Both the position numbers and the translations under genes were made by a program. From assembly GCA_050948665.1 (NCBI GenBank), contig JBMNEH010000001.1:1403813-1467812 (forward strand): a stretch of 64,000 nt of DNA, written 5' to 3'. The stretch's first letter is position 1. Each line of letters opens with the position of its first letter. The notes beneath the pieces are model-generated. The model was not told where the DNA came from, made no database searches, and saw nothing but the letters and a program-made list of their open reading frames with translations. Shown here piece after piece: positions 35,850 through 46,392 of this stretch. The stretch is from Christensenellales bacterium. GTDB lineage: Bacteria > Bacillota > Clostridia > Christensenellales > UMGS416.

Positions 35850-38022
35850 CTAAACCGCTATACCGACGGATAATTGAGTTGTTGTTCACCATTTGAGTAA
35901 TCACATTCTTTTTCCCCAACAGCACAACCATCTTAGATGCCCGGGTAACAGCTGTATAAAGTAGATTTCGGGTCATTATCCTTCTGTTTCCCTGAAAAAG
36001 AGGCAGTAATACCACAGGAAACTCGCATCCCTGGCTTTTGTGTACGGATATAGCATATGCCAGCATTAAGTCTTCTGCCTGCTGAAAGTCATAATTTGCC
36101 AGTTTACCATCATCAAACAAAACGGAAAACTGTCTTTCTGCCATAAGTATTTGACGAATGAATCCGATGTCTCCATTGTATACACCCATTCCTTCGCCAT
36201 CTGCAGAACGCCATTCGCGACTATAGTCGTTGCGAATCTGCATCACCTTATCGCCTTCACGCAGAATATTTTCTCCAACTCTCAGTTCCTTTTTTCCTGG
36301 TGCGCCCGGATTAAAGGCTTCCTGCAAAACAATATTTAAATTATTCACACCAAGCTCACCTTTCTTTAAAGGTGCCATTACCTGTATATCGGAAAGTGGT
36401 GCACAATGGATGAAAGAGGGTACTCTGTGATGTATCATATCTTTCAGAGATTGCAATAAAGAGGCAGGATTTTTATGCGATTCAAAATAAAACCCCTTTC
36501 CGCCAGATAAGACAGGCATCTCCCCTCGATTAATCCGATGAGCATTTCGGATAATCAAACTTTCCTCAGTCTGGCGGTAAACCTCGGTCAGGTTTGCAGT
36601 AAAAAAAACTTCGCTGTCTATTATATCTCGCAGTACATTTCCAGCACCAACAGAAGGAAGCTGGTCAGCATCGCCAACTAAAATAAGACGCGATCCCACC
36701 CGCAGCGCCCTCACAACCTGCATAAGCAACTGAATATCCACCATGCTCATTTCATCAAGCACAAGACAATCACAGTCCAGCGGATTATCCATGTTCCTTT
36801 GAAAAGTGGCTTCAGCCTCCCCATCCTCGCCCCTGCTGTACTCTAGCAGTCGATGGATAGTCTTTGCATCAAATCCGGAAGCTTCCTGCATACGCTTTGC
36901 AGCCCTGCCTGTCGGAGCAGCAAGTTCAACCTGCTGCCCAGCTTCACGAAGCAGACGAATTATGAATTGTAAAATCGTTGTTTTCCCTGTACCAGGGCCA
37001 CCGGTAATAATGGCAACACTATGATCCAAGGCGCCCAATATGGCGTCCTTTTGTTGAGTGCTCAACAGTATGCCCTTTTCCCCAGCCAATCGATTCATTA
37101 ACTCATCTGTATCCGAAAAAAGTATAATTGGTATTGCTTTATTCAGTATACAGAGCCGTTGGGCTGCTTCGATTTCCGCACGGTAAAGCAAAGCCGAGTA
37201 ACAATACTCCACATCCTCACGTCGCGTAATCACAATCTCACGATCCATCAGCAGCTCGTGGATAGCACTCTGCAAAGGCTTATAGTCTGTGGATAAAAGC
37301 TCTGATGCTCTTTCCAGCAGAACATTATACGGCAGGCATGTGTGTCCCTCCTGTCCTGATGCTGTGTCAAGAGTATATAATACACCATAGCGCAGACGCT
37401 GTATGTCATCCGGTGCAATTCCAAGCTCTTGACCGATTCTGTCCGCGGTTTTAAATCCGATACCTTCAATATCCCGTATTAACCGATAGGGTTGCTTCCG
37501 AATGAAAGTTTCTGCTCCGCTTCCATAGCAGGCAGTAATCTTAACAATCAAGTTTTTAGGTATACGAAGAGATTGCAGGAAGACCATCTGTTCCTGTTCG
37601 TTGCGTTTCTGCGAAATCGTTTTCCTGATTAGGGCAGCTTTCTCAGAAGATATCCCCCTAATTCCTGATAAAGCATCCGGATTATTGTAAATCTTGTCTA
37701 AAGCATTGCCCCCCAAAGCGTCCACAATTCTGGTAGCGGTTACCTCGCCAACACCCTTAATCAGGCCGGAGGATAGATATCGAATAACAGCTTCCGGATA
37801 GTTAGGAAGAGATGGTTTGCACGTCTCCGCTTTGAATTGCTCCCCATAGATAGGGTGGGTCATCCAGTCGCCGGAAACCTCCAGCATTTCGCCTTCACGT
37901 ACAAATGCCAACGGGCCTACCATCATAAAGCACTTCCTACCGGCAACGGCATGAACTACACCATATCCCGTATCTTCATTGGCAAACACTACATTTTCGA
38001 CTGTAGCTTCAATAACCTTCAT
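35815..38022 (-). CDS. recD2: SF1B helicase RecD2
   Basis: Walker A GGPGTGKTT, LVLDEMSMVD, GDADQLPSVGAGN, a C-terminal AISVHKSQGCEF, and a typical RecD2 N-terminal OB/HhH region. Confidence 0.92.
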   Translation of the reverse strand: MKVIEATVENVVFANEDTGYGVVHAVAGRKCFMMVGPLAFVREGEMLEVSGDWMTHPIYGEQFKAETCKPSLPNYPEAVIRYLSSGLIKGVGEVTATRIVDALGGNALDKIYNNPDALSGIRGISSEKAALIRKTISQKRNEQEQMVFLQSLRIPKNLIVKITACYGSGAETFIRKQPYRLIRDIEGIGFKTADRIGQELGIAPDDIQRLRYGVLYTLDTASGQEGHTCLPYNVLLERASELLSTDYKPLQSAIHELLMDREIVITRREDVEYCYSALLYRAEIEAAQRLCILNKAIPIILFSDTDELMNRLAGEKGILLSTQQKDAILGALDHSVAIITGGPGTGKTTILQFIIRLLREAGQQVELAAPTGRAAKRMQEASGFDAKTIHRLLEYSRGEDGEAEATFQRNMDNPLDCDCLVLDEMSMVDIQLLMQVVRALRVGSRLILVGDADQLPSVGAGNVLRDIIDSEVFFTANLTEVYRQTEESLIIRNAHRINRGEMPVLSGGKGFYFESHKNPASLLQSLKDMIHHRVPSFIHCAPLSDIQVMAPLKKGELGVNNLNIVLQEAFNPGAPGKKELRVGENILREGDKVMQIRNDYSREWRSADGEGMGVYNGDIGFIRQILMAERQFSVLFDDGKLANYDFQQAEDLMLAYAISVHKSQGCEFPVVLLPLFQGNRRIMTRNLLYTAVTRASKMVVLLGKKNVITQMVNNNSIIRRYSGLVDFLREYNEVI

Positions 38023-38076
38023 ATCTCACCTCATACAAATTATACAGGATTCTATACCGGATGTACAGCGGAGCGA

Positions 38077-38105
38077 TTGCACTATTTGGCGTGTAATGTT
38101 AAAAT
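38077..38105 (+). promoter_or_regulatory. Promoter (TTGCAC-17-TAAAAT) of the Big_2/M14 gene
   Basis: TTGCAC at 38077-38082, a 17-nt spacer, TAAAAT at 38100-38105. Confidence 0.65.
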
Positions 38106-38136
38106 AAGCGCGATGACGTGGAGAAAGGCGGAGTCG

Positions 38137-40341
38137 ATGACACTGGTTCATAAAAGCTGTACATTATTAATCATTATTCTCGTTACTACTCTATTTGGCG
38201 TTTTGATATATATGCCAGCTGCCAGAGCAGAATCATATCCTTATCCCGATGGTGCGGAAATACGTATTGGTAATGGCGAAAGAGTTTATATAGATAATCC
38301 GGCGGAAGGCAATGTAGCCTACCGAACTGAGGATATAGAGTATGCGTCTGTTTCATCTGCCGGTGGTGTTTACGGCCGAAAAAACGGAAAAGTAGATATT
38401 TATGTTATCAAAGATGAAAAAATCCTTCGCACGCTCCATATTACCGTTTGCAGCAGTCCCAGGGGCATAGATTCTGAGATCAAGAGCATCGGGCTTCTTG
38501 TCGGCAGAACCCAGAAACTTGTCTGTTTCCCCACTCCCTCCTCCAGTGCCAGTCATACAATATTCTATAGCTCTGATAATCCAGCAATTGCGTCGGTTAA
38601 TCCAGACGGCGAAATTACAGGCGTTGCGCCTGGGACATGTCATATTACAGCAGAGACTTTTAACCATAAATCTTTACATATAACGGTAATTGTCAAGAGG
38701 CAGCCAGTAGGAATTGCTTTTTCTTCGAAAACCTACACTATTGCTGCAGATGAGAAATTTTCTTCATCCATTTCTCCGTTGCCAGAAGATTCTTACCTTG
38801 ATACTGTCACATATTCAAGCAATGCACCTGAGGTATGCAAAGTTGACACCAGCGGAGTATTAATCGGACAGAGTGAGGGGAGCGCAGTAATTCAAGCTGT
38901 TTCAAATGGATTAAAAGCTCAATGCACTGTCATTGTAACACCTGCACTTCGGAACATATTTATAGCGGAAACCTCATACAAGCTCGCAGTCGGTATGTCT
39001 ATGGATATTAAAGCAATGCCCATACCTTATGACGCTGCCTCTAATTTCATTTATATCTCTTCAGACAAGCAAGTAGCAAATACAGACGCATACGGTCGTT
39101 TGACAGCACTCCGTGCGGGCACAGCACAAATTACAGTTATTGGATATAATGGTACTTCTGCAATCTGTACAGTGGAAGTGTTAAATGCTCCTTCCTCTAT
39201 AAAAGCAGAGGTCTCACAAAAGGTTTTGTCTCCTGGTGATAGTTGGGATATTCCTATTGAGATACCCGATAATACGTATACACATTTTACTTATGAAAGC
39301 AATATTCCGGATGCGATATCTGTTGATGAAAACGGACGGGTTACGGTTCACGAGTATTCTACAGGGGTCATCACAGTCAGTACCCATAATGGACTGACCT
39401 TCAAGGTAACAATTATTGCTTCTATTGTAGATTATTTGTCCAAACCTGTATATAAGGATATTATGAGATTTACAAAAGCTTTATGTGATGAATATCCTGA
39501 CTTGATGCACTATAAAAGCATCGGAAAGACTGCTCTTGGACAGGATATAGTTATGCTTTCCATTGGCTTTGGGGAAAAAAAAGTTGGTATCAGCGCCGCT
39601 CTCCATGCTCGTGAAAGCATTGGCGGATTATACGCTCTCCGGTGTGCAGAAGAGTATGCCATTGCATGGACTTCCGGGAGAAAGTATGCCGGTTATGACC
39701 TTCGAGAGCTGCTGTCCCAGTATACATTGTGTATTATTCCCTGCTGTAATCCCGATGGTATGGACATATGCAACGGAACTACTCTTCCGTTATATACGGA
39801 TTCTCTGTCAGACAGACAGCGTATTGATTACAAAAACAACGCAAATGGCGTAAACCTGAACAGTAATTTTCCTTTCTATTGGAAAACCGCATTATCTGAC
39901 AAATGGTCAAAAGCAAATATAGATACATATTGCGGTGACAGAGTGCTTTCTGAACCGGAAACCAAGGCATTGTTTCGCGTTTGTGTAGAGGAGCAGTTCT
40001 ATTGGATGCTGAACATACACACTCATGGAAATATTATGTTTTGGCGTGATGTCAAAAACGGTGTCATTCCCGGCGACGAAACTTTAATGACTGCAATTGA
40101 GAGCAATTGCGGCATTTCCCCAAGCCCAAGAGGTCCGAGCTGGATGGCAGATGCATACGGAGGCGGATTTGAAAACTGGTTTCGATCCTTTTTTAATCGC
40201 CCGGCAATCTGTGTCGAACTTATACCCATAAACTTTTCCGGTTATTATGACGCGTCACTGTACTCACGGTTTGAAGAAGCAGTTCTTTGGGATAAAACGA
40301 AAACGCTGCTCCTACAGGGTATGAAAGAGTTTGCGTCTTAG
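38137..40341 (+). CDS. Surface or secreted protein: N-terminal anchor, several Big_2 Ig-like repeats, and a C-terminal M14 zinc carboxypeptidase (gamma-D-glutamyl-meso-DAP peptidase-like)
   Basis: TM/signal segment LLIIILVTTLFGVLIYMPAARA. Repeated xSSDxxVAxVDxxGxVTAxxxGTAxIT modules. A C-terminal HARESIGG...NPDG...NSNFP M14 pattern. The ORF-track start at 37837 runs antisense into recD2, so the start was set to the ATG at 38137 behind GGCGGAG (alternative 38113). Confidence 0.8.
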   Translation: MTLVHKSCTLLIIILVTTLFGVLIYMPAARAESYPYPDGAEIRIGNGERVYIDNPAEGNVAYRTEDIEYASVSSAGGVYGRKNGKVDIYVIKDEKILRTLHITVCSSPRGIDSEIKSIGLLVGRTQKLVCFPTPSSSASHTIFYSSDNPAIASVNPDGEITGVAPGTCHITAETFNHKSLHITVIVKRQPVGIAFSSKTYTIAADEKFSSSISPLPEDSYLDTVTYSSNAPEVCKVDTSGVLIGQSEGSAVIQAVSNGLKAQCTVIVTPALRNIFIAETSYKLAVGMSMDIKAMPIPYDAASNFIYISSDKQVANTDAYGRLTALRAGTAQITVIGYNGTSAICTVEVLNAPSSIKAEVSQKVLSPGDSWDIPIEIPDNTYTHFTYESNIPDAISVDENGRVTVHEYSTGVITVSTHNGLTFKVTIIASIVDYLSKPVYKDIMRFTKALCDEYPDLMHYKSIGKTALGQDIVMLSIGFGEKKVGISAALHARESIGGLYALRCAEEYAIAWTSGRKYAGYDLRELLSQYTLCIIPCCNPDGMDICNGTTLPLYTDSLSDRQRIDYKNNANGVNLNSNFPFYWKTALSDKWSKANIDTYCGDRVLSEPETKALFRVCVEEQFYWMLNIHTHGNIMFWRDVKNGVIPGDETLMTAIESNCGISPSPRGPSWMADAYGGGFENWFRSFFNRPAICVELIPINFSGYYDASLYSRFEEAVLWDKTKTLLLQGMKEFAS

Positions 40342-40568
40342 AGTACTATAAACACTCCTCCCGGCTCCATCTTTGGTATATCAAAACACATATTAAATCT
40401 GTCATCCAACATGCAAGCGACACATGAAACAAAGGCACTAGCTTTACAAAATACTCCTTTCCTTTAAATCATTTAGCTTGCAAGTACAAATGAGTTCTCC
40501 GTCGCCATGAGATTCATTTTCATATAATCATAAAGAGGCAACGGTACATACCCTGTTTTTTATCCTGC

Positions 40569-42965
40569 TCAGCTCCTAAGCTGCGCACCATTTTCCTTTG
40601 TAAGAGCCGCTAATACATCTGCAATAACTTTCTCAATCTCCGGATCCGTCAGACTTTTCTCGTCATCCAAAAGAGACAGGGAGAACGCCACGCTCTTTTT
40701 CCCCTCCGGAACCTGATGCCCCTGATAGACATCGAAAAGAATTACTGAAGTAACGGTCTTTCCTCCTGATTTTCGGATTGTCTGCATCAAATCACCCACC
40801 GGAACCGTGCTGTCCACCAGTATAGCTATATCCCGGTTCACCGGATGAAATTTGGGAATGGGCTTAAATACCGGCTCTTCACCTTTTAAGCAGTGCAATA
40901 AATCTACATTCATTTCTGCTATATACACTTTATGATCTATGCCGAAAGCTTCCTGCACATCCGGATGGAGTTCACCCAACTCAGCAAGGACTTTGTTTTG
41001 AACGGTAGCAATCGCCCTTCTTCCCGGATGGAGATAACTACCGCCTCCGATTTCAAATCTCACATCGGCGATACGGAAGAGGCGAAAAATCATCTCTACG
41101 CAGCCCTTGAGTGTATAAAAATCCACACCACTATCAATCAGCATCATTCCCAGTCGGGTAATCTCACAGGGCTGCTGCTTAACAGGCTGCTCAAAGGGAT
41201 GGAAGGTGCGTCCTATCTCAAACAAACGAATATGATGTGCTTTTTGGTTTAAATTCAAAGCACCAGCCTGCAATAATCCGGGGATTAATGTTGTACGCAT
41301 TAAGCTGTAATCTTCTCCCAAAGGATTCATAATCCGCAAAGCATTGCGCAAAGGATCACCAGCAGTCAAACCCAATTTATCAAACACAGAAGGACTCATA
41401 AAAGAATAGCTGACGCCCTCATTTAATCCCATTGCCGCCATCATGTTCTGTAAAGAAACGACGTTCATCTGCTCAGGCGAACGGCGCCCCCTTACCCCTC
41501 CAGTGTCAGGCAAGATGGAAGGTATTGTATGATACCCATGAATTCTCTGAATTTCTTCAGCGATATCTGCAGTATTGCAAAGATCCTGCCTCCAAGACGG
41601 CACAGAAGAAACCAAATCATCCCCTTCTATGACGGTGGGAACAAAGAGGCGATTCAAAATGTCCGCCATTTCTACGGCAGTCAACTCTTGGCCCAGCAGA
41701 TGATTCACACGGGTATGAGATACCCGCAACGTTCTCTGAGAAAGATCAGTATTACAAATATCAATACAGCCTCCCACTACTTCACCGCACCCCAAATCCT
41801 CAATCAATGTCAGAGCTCTTTGAAGCGCCTTCTCCGGAAGTGTGGGGTCGAGATTCTTTTCAAACCGTGAAGAGGACTCTGTACGTATACCAAGCATCCT
41901 TGCCGTCACTCTGATTCCGGTATTTTCAAAGTTTGCCGACTCAAACACAACAGTTTTTGTGGAATCATGGATCCCGGACCCCTCTCCACCCATGATTCCC
42001 GCAAGCGCTGTGGGACGAACTCTATTGGCAATGACCAGCATGCCAGGCTTAAGAGCAATCTCTTTCCCGTCTAACAGCAAAATCGACTCTCCTTCACATG
42101 CGCTGCGGACATAAATCTCATGTCCTTCTATGCCATCATAATCGAAAGCATGCATGGGCTGGCCAAATTCCACCATTACATAATTCGTTATATCAACAAT
42201 GTTGTTAATCGGACGTATTCCGACCGCAATAAGCGCATCCTTCAACCATTTCGGAGAGGGCGCTACCTTTACATTACGCACCATTCGCACCATATATCGC
42301 GGACAGTGGATCTTGTCTTCAACGGTAACCTTCAGCATACTATGCACGTCGCCTGTTCCGGGGATTTCTCTCATTTCTGGTAGCGTAAGCGGCTGCCGGA
42401 AAGTTGCTGAAACTTCTCTGGCCATACCTACTATGCTCAGGCAGTCCGGCCTATTTGCAAGAGTCTTAAACTCGACAATTGTATCATCTAATCCTAAAAC
42501 CTGCTTTATAATCGTACCGGTACGGTAATCCTCATTTAAAATTAAAATACCGTCAACCTCTGCGCTGGGATAAACGCTGTCCTTAATTTTCAGTTCATCG
42601 CCTGAGCATAGCATGCCATAACTTGGAAGTCCTCGAAGCTTGCTCTCCTTAATGCAGAGACCATTGGGTAGCTTAGCTCCAATAAGTGCGACGGGTACCA
42701 ATGCGCCTTCAAACACATTGGGTGCGCCCGTTATGACGGACAATGGCTTATCCTGCCCCACATCCATCGTGCAAACTCGTAGTTTGTCAGCGTTAGGATG
42801 TCGCTCAAGCTTTAATATTCTACCAACTACAACACGATCGAGGCCATCTCCGAGCGTTTGCCAATTTTCGACCTCGGATCCGCTCATTATCATACCAGAT
42901 ACAAAATCCTCAATCCTCACCGGAATGGTAACGTATTTTTTTAACCAGGAAATCGGTACTAACAT
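40569..42965 (-). CDS. pheT: Phenylalanine--tRNA ligase beta subunit
   Basis: 798 aa with tRNA-binding, B3/4, B5 and FDX-ACB domain order. Adjacent to pheS. Confidence 0.95.
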   Translation of the reverse strand: MLVPISWLKKYVTIPVRIEDFVSGMIMSGSEVENWQTLGDGLDRVVVGRILKLERHPNADKLRVCTMDVGQDKPLSVITGAPNVFEGALVPVALIGAKLPNGLCIKESKLRGLPSYGMLCSGDELKIKDSVYPSAEVDGILILNEDYRTGTIIKQVLGLDDTIVEFKTLANRPDCLSIVGMAREVSATFRQPLTLPEMREIPGTGDVHSMLKVTVEDKIHCPRYMVRMVRNVKVAPSPKWLKDALIAVGIRPINNIVDITNYVMVEFGQPMHAFDYDGIEGHEIYVRSACEGESILLLDGKEIALKPGMLVIANRVRPTALAGIMGGEGSGIHDSTKTVVFESANFENTGIRVTARMLGIRTESSSRFEKNLDPTLPEKALQRALTLIEDLGCGEVVGGCIDICNTDLSQRTLRVSHTRVNHLLGQELTAVEMADILNRLFVPTVIEGDDLVSSVPSWRQDLCNTADIAEEIQRIHGYHTIPSILPDTGGVRGRRSPEQMNVVSLQNMMAAMGLNEGVSYSFMSPSVFDKLGLTAGDPLRNALRIMNPLGEDYSLMRTTLIPGLLQAGALNLNQKAHHIRLFEIGRTFHPFEQPVKQQPCEITRLGMMLIDSGVDFYTLKGCVEMIFRLFRIADVRFEIGGGSYLHPGRRAIATVQNKVLAELGELHPDVQEAFGIDHKVYIAEMNVDLLHCLKGEEPVFKPIPKFHPVNRDIAILVDSTVPVGDLMQTIRKSGGKTVTSVILFDVYQGHQVPEGKKSVAFSLSLLDDEKSLTDPEIEKVIADVLAALTKENGAQLRS

Positions 42966-42977
42966 TTTCTCCTCCTA

Positions 42978-44003
42978 TCAGAACTGGTTCAAGAATCGCA
43001 GATCATTCTCGGTAAGCAAACGCAAATCAGAGATAGAATACTTTACAGTCGTAATTCTGTCCCATCCAAGTCCAAAGGCGAAACCACTGTAAATCTCCGG
43101 ATTTATGCCGCACATTTCCAACACATGAGGGTTCACCATGCCGCATCCCAATATTTCAAGCCACCCGGTTCCATGACAAATGCGGCAATTCGGCTCATTA
43201 CCGCCACACAAGTAACAGGAGATATCTACCTCCGCCGAAGGTTCTGTGAATGGAAAGAATGACGGACGAAAACGGGTTCTCACGTGGTCTCCGTACATCT
43301 CTCTGGCAAAAGCATCCAACGTACCTTTTAAATGTCCCATATTGATACCCTTATCGACTACAAGGCCCTCTATCTGATGAAATACCGGAGAATGTGTAGC
43401 ATCAACCTGATCGTTTCGATAAACACGGCCGGGGCAAATAATCCGTATAGGAGGTTTTTGTGTCGTCATCACTCTTCCCTGCACAGGAGAAGTATGCGTG
43501 CGAAGCAATAAATTTTCACTGAGAAACAAAGAATCCTGCATGTCTCGGGCCGGGTGATTCTTCGGAATATTCATCAGTTCAAAATTGTAGTAATCGGTTT
43601 CCACCTCAGGTCCTTCAGCAATCTCAAAACCCATGCCGATAAATATTTCTTCAATTCTCCGCCGCACTTGGGTCATGGGATGCAGTTTTCCCACGCAGGG
43701 ATCTTTTCCAGGTATGCTAATATCCAATGTTTCCTTAAGCAGACGGGCATCCTTTTCGGCTTTTGTCAAGATTTCCTCCCGACATCTCAGAGATTCCTCC
43801 AACCTAAGGCGTACATCGTTGACTCTTTTGCCCATTGAAGGTCGTTCTTCCGGGCTCAATGCACCCATTCCCCTCAATAACTGTGTTAAGGATCCCTTTT
43901 TCCCCAGGACCTTTAAGCGCAATGCTTCCAACGCGTCCAAATCGTTCACTTTTTTTAAGGCTTTCTCCACCTCTTTTTCAACGCGGTTTAAGGCATCCAG
44001 CAT
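42978..44003 (-). CDS. pheS: Phenylalanine--tRNA ligase alpha subunit
   Basis: Class II motifs (HPARDMQDS, FRPSFFPFTEPS, GFAFGLGWDR). Start set to the ATG at 44003 (MLDALNR...) behind GGAAAGGAG; the longer ORF runs into the T-box terminator. Confidence 0.95.
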   Translation of the reverse strand: MLDALNRVEKEVEKALKKVNDLDALEALRLKVLGKKGSLTQLLRGMGALSPEERPSMGKRVNDVRLRLEESLRCREEILTKAEKDARLLKETLDISIPGKDPCVGKLHPMTQVRRRIEEIFIGMGFEIAEGPEVETDYYNFELMNIPKNHPARDMQDSLFLSENLLLRTHTSPVQGRVMTTQKPPIRIICPGRVYRNDQVDATHSPVFHQIEGLVVDKGINMGHLKGTLDAFAREMYGDHVRTRFRPSFFPFTEPSAEVDISCYLCGGNEPNCRICHGTGWLEILGCGMVNPHVLEMCGINPEIYSGFAFGLGWDRITTVKYSISDLRLLTENDLRFLNQF

Positions 44004-44007
44004 TTTT

Positions 44008-44250
44008 AACTCCTTTCCAATAAAGAGCAACCCCTGCCCCAAGGGACGGAGGTTGCTCCGCGGTACCACCCAAATTCACAGGGGAATCCCTGTGCGCTTA
44101 AAACTTATAACGAAGTAACCCGCCATAGCCTACACAGCCATCCGGCCTTTCGGTATGGAGCTCCGGAGTGAACTTCACCAGCCATGTACAGAAAAGCACT
44201 TACAGCCAATGGTGCTTACTCTCTTGCTGTTACAGCAGGTTACTCTCTCC
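44008..44250 (-). promoter_or_regulatory. T-box leader, Phe specifier (UUC)
   Basis: On the minus strand: stem I AGAGAGTA elements, a specifier region GAAGUUCAC containing UUC, and the conserved T-box AAUUUGGGUGGUACCGCGG (44059-44072 on the plus strand). A terminator follows: GAGCAACC...GGUUGCUC plus UUUAUU (44019-44058). Confidence 0.9.
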
Positions 44251-44263
44251 TTCTTAGCTAAAT

Positions 44264-45031
44264 TTAACGCAAGCCCATCTTCTGCAGATAGCGCAAAGAA
44301 ATAGCGAGACTCTCAAAAGGATCACGTTGGCAAGCGTCCTGTTCCACAATATGATAACGAATACGCGTTTCGGCACAAGCACCAATAATTGCCGGCCAAT
44401 TCAAGTTGCCTTCTCCTACTTCGGCAAAGACAGAACGACGTTCTGAAGACGAATACACCATGTCTTTAAAGTGGACAACATCCATACGACCAGCTACTTT
44501 TCGAATCCACTCCGCGGGATCACCACCTCCCGCAGTTATCCAATAAGTATCAAGTTCAAATCGGAACCAAGAGGGATCAGTATCTTCAAGCAGGATATCC
44601 ATTCCGGTTCTTCCGTCGAATTTTGCAAACTCAAAGTTGTGATTATGGTAGATTAGATGCATTCCGGCATTGGCAATCTCCTCGGCAGCCGGGCGAATGT
44701 CCTTCACAAATTGGCAGAAGCCCTCCTCAGTATCACGATACATATCCGGCATGCTTCCAAGTCCTATATACTTAGTGCCCCAAATTTTATGCTGCCGAAT
44801 GGTTTCCCTGGTTCCCTTCACTATCTCATCAAAACTGACATGAGTTGCGCATATCTCGAGCCCATGTTTATCAGCCATATCTTTGAGTAGTTGAGGATCT
44901 ATCCGTTTCCAGCCGGACATTTGGACTGCTTCATAACCGATGTGCCGTACCTTTTTCAGAGATGCATCGATTCCCTCTGACGTCTGTGTAAAATCCCGAA
45001 CAGTATACATCTGTGCCGCTAACATCGTCAT
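44264..45031 (-). CDS. Sugar phosphate isomerase/epimerase (xylose-isomerase-like TIM barrel)
   Basis: Family-typical layout (YTVRD..., HNHNFEF, ELDTYW, HFKD). Start set to the ATG at 45031 behind GGAGG. Confidence 0.75.
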   Translation of the reverse strand: MTMLAAQMYTVRDFTQTSEGIDASLKKVRHIGYEAVQMSGWKRIDPQLLKDMADKHGLEICATHVSFDEIVKGTRETIRQHKIWGTKYIGLGSMPDMYRDTEEGFCQFVKDIRPAAEEIANAGMHLIYHNHNFEFAKFDGRTGMDILLEDTDPSWFRFELDTYWITAGGGDPAEWIRKVAGRMDVVHFKDMVYSSSERRSVFAEVGEGNLNWPAIIGACAETRIRYHIVEQDACQRDPFESLAISLRYLQKMGLR

Positions 45032-45084
45032 GCAAACACCTCCACTGTCACAGTTTAGCATAAATAATATAATTTCTCAAGGGT

Positions 45085-46389
45085 TCATGCGAAAGCGTAA
45101 TAAATTGCCCGAACGGCTTTCTCATAATCTTCGTTTTCCACGCCTACGATAATGTTCATCTCGCTGGAACCTTGGTCAATCATACGGACATTGATTTGAT
45201 TCTCGGCCAACGCCGTAAAAAGCTTTGCGGCAGTTCCAGGATTCCGCACCATGTTATGCCCTACTGTCGCAATGATTGCCATCTTATCGGATAGTTCAAT
45301 ATGATCAGGTTCCACCCGCTTCATGATTTCACGAACGATATCCTCTTCCTTACCATCAATAGCAGCACTGTCTACGGCTACAGATAGAGAGTCAATACCC
45401 GTTGGCATATGCTCAAAGGAAATGCCTCGTTCCTCGAGCACAGACAGCACTTTTCGGCCAAATCCCAATTCATTATTCATCATGGATTTCTCAATCATGA
45501 TGAAGGTGAAGTCTTTCTTTCCTGCAATCCCCGTAATTATCTGATCCTGATGATGTGTGGCGTGCTGAACGATCATCGTGCCCTCATCAAACGGGTCGTT
45601 TGTGTTTCGTATATGAATAGGTATACCCGCCTCACGAACCGGAAAAATCGAATCCTCATGGAGTACGTTTGCCCCCATGTAGGATAACTCCCTAAGCTCC
45701 CGATAGCTTAAAACTTGGATTTGCTTGGCTTCCGGTACAATTGCAGGGTTCGCCATCTTAAAGCCGGAAACATCCGTCCAGTTCTCATACACATCTGCAT
45801 TGCAGGCATGAGCAACAATAGCGCCTGTCACATCAGAGCCACCCCTTGAAAAGGTAATAATTCTGCCGTCAAGCTTTGCGCCGTAAAATCCGGGGATTAC
45901 TGCTCTAGAGTGTTTTCCCAGCAATGTAGAAAGCTTCTCCTGTGTGATCTTCGGCAAGAACCTTCCTTCGTCGGAAAACACTATCGCTTCTACCGGATCG
46001 AGAAAATCATACCCCAGTGCTTCAGCTAAAATCATTCCATTCAGGTACTCCCCACGGCTGGCCATATAGTCTCTGTCTGCACCTTGACGCAAAGCTTGAA
46101 TTATACGTGAAAACTCACTGTCAAGCGACAATGCAAGCCCCAGCCCGCTGATAATCTCTTCATAACGCATACGAATGCGGGACAAAATCTCGATCTTCGC
46201 TGACGCTCCCATCGCTTTATGGCAGTTAATCAGTAAGTCCGTTACTTTAGCATCCCCAGAAAAACGCTTCCCCGGAGCAGAGGGAACCACGTATCGACGC
46301 GCTCTATCCTGCTTTATTATTTGTATTGCCTTTTTCATCTGTTCGGCAGAAGCCAGAGAACTTCCGCCAAATTTCACTGTTTTTAACAT
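45085..46389 (-). CDS. lysC: Aspartate kinase
   Basis: VKFGGSSLAS N-terminus, amino-acid kinase fold motifs, and two C-terminal ACT-like regions. Confidence 0.88.
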   Translation of the reverse strand: MLKTVKFGGSSLASAEQMKKAIQIIKQDRARRYVVPSAPGKRFSGDAKVTDLLINCHKAMGASAKIEILSRIRMRYEEIISGLGLALSLDSEFSRIIQALRQGADRDYMASRGEYLNGMILAEALGYDFLDPVEAIVFSDEGRFLPKITQEKLSTLLGKHSRAVIPGFYGAKLDGRIITFSRGGSDVTGAIVAHACNADVYENWTDVSGFKMANPAIVPEAKQIQVLSYRELRELSYMGANVLHEDSIFPVREAGIPIHIRNTNDPFDEGTMIVQHATHHQDQIITGIAGKKDFTFIMIEKSMMNNELGFGRKVLSVLEERGISFEHMPTGIDSLSVAVDSAAIDGKEEDIVREIMKRVEPDHIELSDKMAIIATVGHNMVRNPGTAAKLFTALAENQINVRMIDQGSSEMNIIVGVENEDYEKAVRAIYYAFA

Positions 46390-46392
46390 ATC

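Noticed and set aside
37837-38136. The N-terminal 100 aa of the 834-aa ORF-track entry
   Set aside because: This part runs antisense through the recD2 start and across the intergenic promoter (38077-38105). The real protein begins at the signal/TM segment, with the RBS-supported ATG at 38137.
43633-44118. A 161-aa plus-strand ORF, plus similar long antisense ORFs at 18474-18989, 46175-46696, 42640-43092 and 60167-60637
   Set aside because: Each lies antisense to a confidently identified gene (pheS, mcsB, lysC/glyA, pheT, scfB). All are Ser/Pro/Arg-rich with no motifs. These are typical shadow ORFs.
46390-46392. An expected lysine (L-box) riboswitch upstream of lysC, and a ZTP, THF or glycine element upstream of glyA
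   Set aside because: lysC starts 3 nt after the glyA stop, and glyA overlaps the rseC-like gene, so there is no room for leaders. The only upstream gap (48138-48351) shows none of the conserved cores I can recall.
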